From contig MHRT01000010.1 in NCBI GenBank assembly GCA_001821055.1, forward strand, positions 1 to 54,015: DNA of 54,015 nucleotides, read 5' to 3'. This document shows positions 38,393 through 45,697 of the stretch, piece after piece; within the stretch, counting starts at the first letter, position 1; each line of letters begins with the position of its first letter. The translations under genes and the position numbers were made by a program. The DNA comes from Candidatus Taylorbacteria bacterium RIFCSPHIGHO2_12_FULL_45_16. GTDB lineage: Bacteria; Patescibacteriota; Minisyncoccia; Phycocordibacterales; PALSA-1337. The notes under the pieces were generated by a model, which was not told the origin of the DNA, did not search any database, and saw nothing but the letters and a program-made list of their open reading frames with translations.

Positions 38393-39466
38393 TTACCACT
38401 TTTTACGCTTTATCTTTACCTTCCCCACTGCCGGAAGCAATTGAGTGGCGAATTGCGCGATAGGATCAGTATTCATAAAATCAAGCACCTGTAGTGTGGC
38501 GGCCTGAATGTCTTCAGGGCTACCTTTCATAGCATTGATTACGCCTCTAAGGATTTCAAATAGTTTAGACAATGAATCGACATCCAGCCAGTTCATAACT
38601 TCCTGGAAATTTGATCCTTTAAAAGCTCTTACGGCTTCACTGATTTCAAGCTCGGTAATCTCATCATATCCATTTGAAATAATCACTCCCTGCTCTTTTA
38701 GATTGTTCAGATAATTCGGAAACCTTCTATCAAAATACTTCATGATGTACCAGCCCCATCGCTCAAATTCTATTTTCAAGATTTTGCCATCATTTGATAT
38801 GTAAATTTTCTTCGAAATAAGTGCCAATCCTCTTCCAAGATATTTGGCATAATTCGGATCTGACAGTGTTTTCAGATAACTCAAGAGTACAGCGAACAAA
38901 TGTTGTGGCAAAATCTCTTTCTGCTTGGCGAGAAACGCATCTTCAAACGTTTTTATATCCTCTTTTGAAATCTTACCTCCACCTTTGAATTTACCAGTTT
39001 CATAATATTCATCCTCGGCTTTAACAGACTTTATATTCTTCAAGTCCTCAGCCATAGCTCGTATCGTTGTGTCCAAAACTTCCTGCTTCCCCTCGATATC
39101 TGGATCAGTAAGTAGATCAATAAGATATTTCCTCATCAACTCATCGCTAATTTTGCCGGCATCTTTCTGTTCTAGTCTGAATTTCTGAACATAATAGGTA
39201 AAATTCTTCTCCAGATTTTCAGCTTTGATCTGCTTCTCGCCGATATCAGCTTTGCAATGCTCAGCACATCGGTAATAGCCATCTGACAGCTCCAATCCAT
39301 GCCCTGATTTCTCATACACAAGACTGCCTTTCTTGAAGAATGGTAGGGGTTCAATTTTAATCGGGTTGTTAATAGTTTTCTCCTTCATTTTGATGAAAAA
39401 TCCGCACACAAAATCCTTTATTTGAGCCATCCGCGATCTATGCCTGACTGATTCCGCGAAACTCAC
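38393..39466 (-). CDS. Hypothetical protein (orphan)
   Basis: 357-aa helical, charged protein. Only a weak local resemblance (GYYRCAEHCK...) to the zinc-ribbon region of the neighbouring recombinases. The start is uncertain, with internal Met at residues 13 and 27. Confidence 0.5.
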   Translation of the reverse strand: MSFAESVRHRSRMAQIKDFVCGFFIKMKEKTINNPIKIEPLPFFKKGSLVYEKSGHGLELSDGYYRCAEHCKADIGEKQIKAENLEKNFTYYVQKFRLEQKDAGKISDELMRKYLIDLLTDPDIEGKQEVLDTTIRAMAEDLKNIKSVKAEDEYYETGKFKGGGKISKEDIKTFEDAFLAKQKEILPQHLFAVLLSYLKTLSDPNYAKYLGRGLALISKKIYISNDGKILKIEFERWGWYIMKYFDRRFPNYLNNLKEQGVIISNGYDEITELEISEAVRAFKGSNFQEVMNWLDVDSLSKLFEILRGVINAMKGSPEDIQAATLQVLDFMNTDPIAQFATQLLPAVGKVKIKRKKW

Positions 39467-39482
39467 CCTCTACGATACACCC

Positions 39483-39656
39483 ATGCAACAGTTTAGCCAA
39501 TTACTAGAGCAGAGGGTCGTCGATTATTTCAAGCATAAATATGGCTTGGAAATTTCGCCTGCTACAGCACAAGAATATCTTAACTCTTTTGCCGAATTGT
39601 TTCTAACCTGTGCAAAGGTCGAGGAGAGGAAGCGTCCCGTCCAGCCAACGCTTTAG
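39483..39656 (+). CDS. Possible small ORF upstream of rep (57 aa)
   Basis: Own translation: MQQFSQLLEQRVVDYFKHKYGLEISPATAQEYLNSFAELFLTCAKVEERKRPVQPTL*. It is below the ORF-track cutoff and ends inside the GC hairpin. Confidence 0.3.
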   Translation: MQQFSQLLEQRVVDYFKHKYGLEISPATAQEYLNSFAELFLTCAKVEERKRPVQPTL

Positions 39657-39672
39657 CGCGGCGGACGGGACG
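39633..39672. repeat. GC-rich hairpin 43 nt upstream of rep (candidate double-strand origin or terminator)
   Basis: cgtcccgtcc (39633-39642) pairs with ggacgggacg (39663-39672). The inner gcc/ggc and cgc-ttta-gcg extend the stem. Confidence 0.6.
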
Positions 39673-39714
39673 CCGTATGACTTGCTAGTTAACTAACATA
39701 ATCATAATGAAGAA

Positions 39715-40500
39715 ATGGGATACAACAAATTTATCAAATCCGGTAACACATTAGAAATATACTCATATGAACGATCTATCCAAATTCGTGAAGGACAACG
39801 CAGGGGTCATAAAGGCAGAAATGGTCTGTCGGGTGTGGCTTCTGGTGGAAGCAATTCACTATCACCCCAAGAATTCGAAGGAAAGCGCAAAGATAACGCG
39901 TCCCGCGCATCTATGGCTTTTAGACGGCTTATCCTATCTAACCTTGGAGGATCTGAATTACCTATACTCGTTACTTGTACATACAAAGAGAACCAAATTG
40001 ACATCAAGCAAGGATACGCGGATTTCACAGCTTTTGTCCAAGCTCTCCGCTATAAATACGGACCACTTTTCCGGTACATCGCAGTACCAGAATTTCAAAA
40101 GCGTGGAGCCGTTCATTTCCACGCTCTGTTCTGGGGGTTACCCGAAACCACGGCTGAAACAGAGAGACATACCAGATTGGTTGCGGGGATGTGGGGACAT
40201 GGATTCGTCTATGTCAAAATGACAGATGGTAATGAAAAGCTCTCGTCATACCTCGCAAAATACATGGCTAAATCATTCATAGATTATCGTTTGAAAAATC
40301 AGAAAGCTTACACCTGCTCACGCAACCTTTTAAGACCGCAGATTGTCGGCGGCATGAATAACTTTACTCTCGATGTAATTGCTCAAGAGCTTGGAGCAAC
40401 CGGAGAGCCTACTGTAGACAAAACTTATGACACACATTGGCTCGGCAAGGCACGGTATCGTGTTTATAATCTCGATGAAGATGACAAAAATTTGTCTTAA
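39715..40500 (+). CDS. Rolling-circle replication initiator (HUH endonuclease, two-tyrosine type)
   Basis: HUH motif AVHFHALFWG and Y-x-x-x-Y motif SSYLAKYMAK, in the order expected for superfamily I (phiX174 gpA/pC194-like) Reps. Confidence 0.75.
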   Translation: MGYNKFIKSGNTLEIYSYERSIQIREGQRRGHKGRNGLSGVASGGSNSLSPQEFEGKRKDNASRASMAFRRLILSNLGGSELPILVTCTYKENQIDIKQGYADFTAFVQALRYKYGPLFRYIAVPEFQKRGAVHFHALFWGLPETTAETERHTRLVAGMWGHGFVYVKMTDGNEKLSSYLAKYMAKSFIDYRLKNQKAYTCSRNLLRPQIVGGMNNFTLDVIAQELGATGEPTVDKTYDTHWLGKARYRVYNLDEDDKNLS

Positions 40501-40506
40501 ATATAT

Positions 40507-40974
40507 TTGAGGAGTACAATTTCAAAACGTATGATTCACGAAAACACTTTCAAAAAAATTGAATTCAATGGCGCCAAAGGATTGATTTATCTTGGTGATA
40601 AGATTCTGGTTTATAGACGAGATCTTAAAACCAAAAAATCACCTGGATGTCTCGATATGATTGGTGGCGGAAAAGATGGAGATGAGTCGCCATTTGAGAC
40701 ATTCAAGCGCGAAGTTAAAGAAGAAGTCGGCCTTGATATACAGGCCAGTGATATTCAGTTTTCGTGCCCATTTCCAAGCTATGATGATCCAAATATGATT
40801 TCTTTCTTTTTTGTTACAAAGCCACTGAATTATCTTAAGTCTGATGTAAAGTTTGGCAATGAAGGCACAGAGTGGTTGACCATGACACCTCAAGAATTTG
40901 TAAACCGGCCAGATGCGATCGAACGACAGCAGAAAAGGGTCAGTGACTACTTAACTGGAAAATTGTTTGTCTAA
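40507..40974 (+). CDS. Nudix hydrolase
   Basis: Nudix box GGGKDGDESPFETFKREVKEEVGL. The start may be the ATG at 40531. Confidence 0.8.
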   Translation: MRSTISKRMIHENTFKKIEFNGAKGLIYLGDKILVYRRDLKTKKSPGCLDMIGGGKDGDESPFETFKREVKEEVGLDIQASDIQFSCPFPSYDDPNMISFFFVTKPLNYLKSDVKFGNEGTEWLTMTPQEFVNRPDAIERQQKRVSDYLTGKLFV

Positions 40975-41021
40975 TAGTATTTCTGTAAGAGCCTCATTAT
41001 CGCCTAATTTATTTTAACTTC

Positions 41022-42638
41022 ATGAAATATATTCTCTACTGTCGAAAATCCACTGATACCGAAGATCGCCAAGTCCTTTCTCTTGATTCCCAAGAAAAAG
41101 AGCTTTTGGCTATCGCTGAAAAGCTGAATCTGAAGATCGTAAAGGTATTCAAGGAAAGCCGGACAGCCAAAGAAGCAGGTCGTCCCATTTTCAATGAAGT
41201 TATCCAAATGATCAACGCCGGCAAAGCTGATGCTATTCTCTGTTGGAAACTGGATCGTCTGGCTCGTAATTTTATTGACGGCGGTTTAGTCATGGACATG
41301 CTTCAAAAAGGCACAATCAAAGAAATACACACTTACGAGGCTATACATTTACCTAACGAGACTTCATTCATCCTAGCCATGCAATTCGGTATGGCCAACC
41401 AATACAGCCGAGATCTAAGCGTCAATGTGAAGCGTGGTAATCGCGAGAAGCTAGCTCGTGGTGAATGGCCAAATCATGCACCATTTGGATATTTGAATGA
41501 CAAACCCACAAAGACGATCACTATTGACCCTATTCGCTCGAAGTATGTCGTGCGTGCCTTTCAACTCTACGCTACTGGTCGCTATGGCTTCAATGAGATT
41601 GCCAAAATCCTTTACGAGGAAGGCCTACGAACATCATCCGGTAAGAAAGTATATCGCGGACACATTCATCGCTTCATCAGCCAACCATTTTACTGTGGCC
41701 TCATGCTTCGTGAGGGTAAATACTATCCGGGCAAGCATCAACCCTTAATTTCCAAACAATTATTCGATGACGCCCAAAAAGTTTTACATAACAGGAACCG
41801 CCCAAGACTTCAAAAGAAATTCTTTGCTCTCCGGGGATTCTTGAAATGCGAAAACTGTGGCTGTGCCTATACTGCTTCAATCAAGAAAGGCCATGATTAC
41901 TATTACTGCACAAACGGCAAAGGTCACTGTGAGGCTCATTTGAAATATATGCGTGAAGCCAAGATATACGAATTGATCGCTCCAGTCCTCGATAAGATCA
42001 AATTCGATGAAGAAATTATTGACATCATGTACAACGCCGCCAAAGAGCGTCAACTTCACGACAACAGCTATGTAGAATCGATCGTAACTTCATGCCAAAG
42101 CCGTCTAGAATCGCTCAAGGCAAAAGAAACTCGCCTACTCGATACATTTCTCGATGGACAAATCTCAAAGGAAATCTACGACGCTAAAGTCCTTGAAATA
42201 CATAACGAAAAGATCTGCGCTGAAAAACAAATGAGCGAAGCCAAAACCAAGAATGACATTTTAACTTTGGAACCGACCAGAGAAGCATTTCTGCTTGGAA
42301 ACAGAGCCATGAAAAATTTTGTTGACGGAAATGATGACGAAAAGCGTACCATTGCTTCAAAGATACTTTGGAACCTTTCGATGAAAGACGGAAATATCGC
42401 TCAAGTAAGCTACAGAAGTCCGTATGACATCATGGCAAAAGCACCCAAAACAGGTGATATTAATACTTTGCTGCGGGACTTGGATTCGAACCAAAATTTT
42501 CGCTTTCAGAGAGCGACGTGCTACCATTACACCATCCCGCAAGGAATTCTATTATTCAGTTGTATCCTTACAAAATACGCTATTTTAGGCGATTATTCAA
42601 GATCAGCGAAGTATATCGTCAATCATTTCTTTTGCTGA
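41022..42638 (+). CDS. Large serine recombinase (intact)
   Basis: N-terminal YCRKSTDTEDRQ catalytic-Ser region, LDRLARN, recombinase domain, zinc ribbon CENCGC...YYYC and coiled coil. The last ~55 codons are antisense to tRNA-Gln. Confidence 0.85.
   Translation: MKYILYCRKSTDTEDRQVLSLDSQEKELLAIAEKLNLKIVKVFKESRTAKEAGRPIFNEVIQMINAGKADAILCWKLDRLARNFIDGGLVMDMLQKGTIKEIHTYEAIHLPNETSFILAMQFGMANQYSRDLSVNVKRGNREKLARGEWPNHAPFGYLNDKPTKTITIDPIRSKYVVRAFQLYATGRYGFNEIAKILYEEGLRTSSGKKVYRGHIHRFISQPFYCGLMLREGKYYPGKHQPLISKQLFDDAQKVLHNRNRPRLQKKFFALRGFLKCENCGCAYTASIKKGHDYYYCTNGKGHCEAHLKYMREAKIYELIAPVLDKIKFDEEIIDIMYNAAKERQLHDNSYVESIVTSCQSRLESLKAKETRLLDTFLDGQISKEIYDAKVLEIHNEKICAEKQMSEAKTKNDILTLEPTREAFLLGNRAMKNFVDGNDDEKRTIASKILWNLSMKDGNIAQVSYRSPYDIMAKAPKTGDINTLLRDLDSNQNFRFQRATCYHYTIPQGILLFSCILTKYAILGDYSRSAKYIVNHFFC
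42471..42541 (-). tRNA. tRNA-Gln (anticodon CUG)
   Basis: 71-nt cloverleaf. Acceptor TGCGGGA/TCCCGCA (U1-A72), D arm GTGT-AATGGTA-GCAC, anticodon arm TCGCT-CTCTGAA-AGCGA, T arm TTTGG-TTCGAAT-CCAAG. Confidence 0.85.
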
Positions 42639-43098
42639 AGAAAATCTCTTCCCATGCTTTTTAGCCCACTCTGCTTCCTTGAGAATCTCTCTTTCTATCT
42701 TCTCTGAATACCCATTCGCCGTCCTCCCTTTGTGAATTCCCTTGCGACAGAACATCCCTTCAAATTTGCACTCCTCGCAGGTGATGAAATGCCTGTGACG
42801 TTCGTCATCCGCGCAATTGACATAGATCTCTGATGGCGCGCCACAACACTCACAGACCCCGATAACCTCGCGTTCGGTAGGCGCAGCATAAGCCATTGTC
42901 ACACGTTCATCGAAGACGTAGAGTGAACCGAGGATCCACATCATGCTTGGCCGGCAAGCCCAGACTGACGATCTCTTTGCGGACTTTGATTGACAGCTTC
43001 GGGAAGGCTTTGCCCGTGCCGGATCTCTTCTTGAACTGGATGCCGGCAAATCGTCGGTCCGCGTTCAATCCCCCGCAATATGCCTCTATAAAATGCAC
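42603..43098 (-). pseudogene. Remnant of trhO (UPF0176 rhodanese-domain tRNA hydroxylase) lacking the rhodanese domain
   Basis: Two frames. 42907..43098 encodes the region before the rhodanese domain (FKKRSGTGKAFPKLSIKVRKEIVSLG). 42603..~42900 encodes the C-terminal YVFDERV...CECCGAP...C..C Cys-rich tail. No CxGGxR active-site loop lies between them. Confidence 0.55.
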
Positions 43099-43152
43099 AA
43101 TTTCGCGACTTGCGTAATGAAAGGAAAAGGAGTATAAAACTCCCAGAAACCT

Positions 43153-43746
43153 ATGAAAAGTGATTCAAGTCCTGAGTTAAAAATCCATGTATTACCAGGT
43201 GGAAAGATGCCTAAACGACAGACATTAGGAGCTATCGGCTATGATGTGCACGTGAGGGGTATAGTTTCACCTTGGGAAATGGAGCCAAAAAATCAACATT
43301 TGAGAAAAATGCTTTTCAATTTTGGTGATGTTGTCGACCAGTCAGTGGAAAGATTCATTGACAAGCGTGTCTGTGAAAAACGCTGTCGAGCAGAGCCTGT
43401 ATATCGTCTTGAACCTGGAAGAAGGGTTCTGTGCGGAATCGGTTTTGCTACCGAGATGCCCTTTCCTCTCTGCTATCTGACCTTGTGTCGAAGCGGATTA
43501 GCGTCAAAACATGACATCATGGTCGCCAATGGACCAGGAACGATTGATCCAGATTACCGCGGTGAAGCAGGGATAATTTTATTTAATACAGGCGATGAGT
43601 CGTTCTATCTCTACCGCAATATGCGTATAGCCCAGATTTTGTTCATCTATGCTGTCATACCTCAAATCAAGCGAGTTAAAAGATATGACCACCTTGACCT
43701 GACGCCCCGAGGACCTGGCGGATTTGGGTCAACTGGATTACGCTGA
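43153..43746 (+). CDS. dut: dUTPase with internal insertion
   Basis: GAIGYDV, SGLASKH, GTIDPDYRGE and the C-terminal RGPGGFGSTG motifs. About 50 extra residues follow motif 1. Confidence 0.75.
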   Translation: MKSDSSPELKIHVLPGGKMPKRQTLGAIGYDVHVRGIVSPWEMEPKNQHLRKMLFNFGDVVDQSVERFIDKRVCEKRCRAEPVYRLEPGRRVLCGIGFATEMPFPLCYLTLCRSGLASKHDIMVANGPGTIDPDYRGEAGIILFNTGDESFYLYRNMRIAQILFIYAVIPQIKRVKRYDHLDLTPRGPGGFGSTGLR

Positions 43747-43800
43747 TTCAAGGATTCTTTTGCTGCCGCCATGAACCCATTCCTCGGTGGAATGGGATTT

Positions 43801-44337
43801 TTATTCCCGATTTACCATCTCCTTAGTCATCTTGAAGATTACTTTTCCCTTCAATCTTCCGGGATTTTTCGAGGATTCGAGCAAGGCGACGACTTCGTGG
43901 AGGCCTTCTATCTTTTCAGGCGACGCGGCCAAAGTTCGCTGGTTTAGCGCGTGACCATTCACCAAGTAATCACGGAGAATGCCTGTGGCCCAGATACGAA
44001 ACTTCGTGGCTTTTTTGGAATTGACACGATAACCGACTGCTATGATGGCATCAAGGTTGTAGAATTTGACCTTGTATCTCTTGCCATCCGCGGCAGTTAT
44101 CCGGAAATTCCGGATAACTGAAACCTCTGTTAATTCTCGAGTTCTAAAAATATTTTTCAAATGTTCGTTAATAGTCCGTACATCAACTTGAAATACGGTT
44201 GCTATTTGTGTTTGAGAAGCCCACATTGTGTCTTTCTTGATGTCCGCGCGCAATTCAACCTTTCCGTTTTTATTTGCATAAAGAACGATATTATCTCCTG
44301 ACAACTTCTGCTGCTTATTTTTGTTGAGTTTTTTCAT
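43801..44337 (-). CDS. RhuM family protein
   Basis: IATVFQVDVRTINEHLKNIF ... YNLDAIIAVGYRVNSKKATKFRIWAT is the RhuM pattern. Confidence 0.7.
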   Translation of the reverse strand: MKKLNKNKQQKLSGDNIVLYANKNGKVELRADIKKDTMWASQTQIATVFQVDVRTINEHLKNIFRTRELTEVSVIRNFRITAADGKRYKVKFYNLDAIIAVGYRVNSKKATKFRIWATGILRDYLVNGHALNQRTLAASPEKIEGLHEVVALLESSKNPGRLKGKVIFKMTKEMVNRE

Positions 44338-44464
44338 TTCGGTTAAAAATTAAGGTAGTAAAAAATCTCGCAGGCGTATGCGACAAATATACAATGAAAT
44401 TGGTCACCGACAAAAAATGAAAGGTGATAAAGTTGGGAGTAGCGTGGGGATAAATTATCCCTTC

Positions 44465-45046
44465 TCATTCATTTCCCCTCTTCACCCACTCATCAAAAGT
44501 CATGGAAATGTAGTCTTTGTCCCGAATCCCATTCATCTCATAGATCTGCGTCGTCGAACACAGGAACGCGCCTTTCTTATCGATCCCCAGCCAGCTCATG
44601 GCTTCATAGACTTTTTTGTCACTGGCTGATTCGATTTCCAGATATGTTTTGAGCTTCGGCCAAGTGTCTAGATCAAACTCAACATCCCCCTTTTTCCATC
44701 TGGTTCTCTTTTTCTCCTGTTCAAACTTCACAATCATCCCAATTTTCATCAAGAAATGCTTGGTAGTTTCGAAATCGCTAACTTCAACCTCAACTTCCTC
44801 GGTCCCATCGTCATCACCTTTATTGGACTTCACTCCCAGACGACGCTTATAAGCCATCATGACTTTATTCCCTTCATCGCGTACTCTGACCCAAGCCGCC
44901 TGCTTGTCCAGGGTGAATCCTGGGTAATCAAAAGCGCACGAGCGGTACAAATAGTCCCCTTCTTTGACCGCGCCGAGTTTCTTCAGTTTCTCTTCGATTT
45001 TCGCGGCGTCGATATTCAAAATTTTTACTTCAAATTCATGGTGCAT
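44465..45046 (-). CDS. CYTH domain protein (class IV adenylate cyclase / triphosphate tunnel enzyme family)
   Basis: N-terminal ExExK motif (HEFEVKI), about 190 aa, with alternating beta-strand charge pattern. Confidence 0.7.
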   Translation of the reverse strand: MHHEFEVKILNIDAAKIEEKLKKLGAVKEGDYLYRSCAFDYPGFTLDKQAAWVRVRDEGNKVMMAYKRRLGVKSNKGDDDGTEEVEVEVSDFETTKHFLMKIGMIVKFEQEKKRTRWKKGDVEFDLDTWPKLKTYLEIESASDKKVYEAMSWLGIDKKGAFLCSTTQIYEMNGIRDKDYISMTFDEWVKRGNE

Positions 45047-45077
45047 GTATTGAAATTATTACGGGAAAATCTCAGCC

Positions 45078-45671
45078 TCATGAAAGCTTCGTAAATAGGG
45101 CTTCTTCGTTCTTTTTCAGAAAATTGACAAATTCCTTGAAAACTTTTTCAACGGGCGGAGATAGTTTGGCTTTGTCTATTTTAATGTCTACTAGCATCTT
45201 CAAAGTAACTTCTTTCTCATTCCACGTCCTACCACCATCAATAAATATCTGAATTACGGGCTGAACCTTATCAAGCGCGTAAACGAATTTGCTTTCTGCG
45301 TCGTTGCGGGCTTCATAGGCAGCAATGAGCTCATGCAATTCGTAAAATTCAGCAAACTCCTTTTGAATCCTTTCAGCCGCTTCTTTTTCTTTTTTATGTT
45401 TGTCTGCCTTTTTGGATGGATCGTTATCATATATATAGACATCACCTGCATATGCTTCCACCAGATCATGAACAAGCGCGTATTTGATAACTTTACTTAC
45501 ATCCAAAGCCAGCTTGTCTTTCTGGATGAAATACCAGGCGAGCATGGCCAGCATATAGCTGTGCTCAACATCGTTTTCCCAGCGATCTGATTTGAAGACG
45601 CGAATAACCCTCTCTGTTTTTTGCAACTTCGTTAACAGTTCGCTGAATTGGATGAGGTCTTTGATGGTCAT
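45078..45671 (-). CDS. HD-domain phosphohydrolase (YfbR-like)
   Basis: VEHSYMLAMLA and ALVHDLVEAYAGD motifs. 197 aa. Confidence 0.7.
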   Translation of the reverse strand: MTIKDLIQFSELLTKLQKTERVIRVFKSDRWENDVEHSYMLAMLAWYFIQKDKLALDVSKVIKYALVHDLVEAYAGDVYIYDNDPSKKADKHKKEKEAAERIQKEFAEFYELHELIAAYEARNDAESKFVYALDKVQPVIQIFIDGGRTWNEKEVTLKMLVDIKIDKAKLSPPVEKVFKEFVNFLKKNEEALFTKLS

Positions 45672-45697
45672 GCTAATTGTCGGAACATTGTAGCAGA

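Larger units (their letters stand above)
33033..42638. mobile_element. Integrated rolling-circle Rep / serine-recombinase element abutting tRNA-Gln (left border approximate)
   Basis: Carries Rep, Nudix, a serine recombinase, an RM module and a HerA/FtsK-like ATPase. Hand GC counts on sampled 60-nt lines: 17/60 at 34561-34620 versus 32/60 at 8281-8340. Confidence 0.5.

Noticed and set aside
43099-43152. Considered whether ORF 42896..43117(+) or the long 148-aa version of 42603..43049(-) is a real gene.
   Set aside because: The N-terminal 50 residues of the 148-aa ORF are Arg/Ser-rich read-through, and the plus ORF is antisense to the trhO fragment. Both are better explained by the trhO remnant interpretation.
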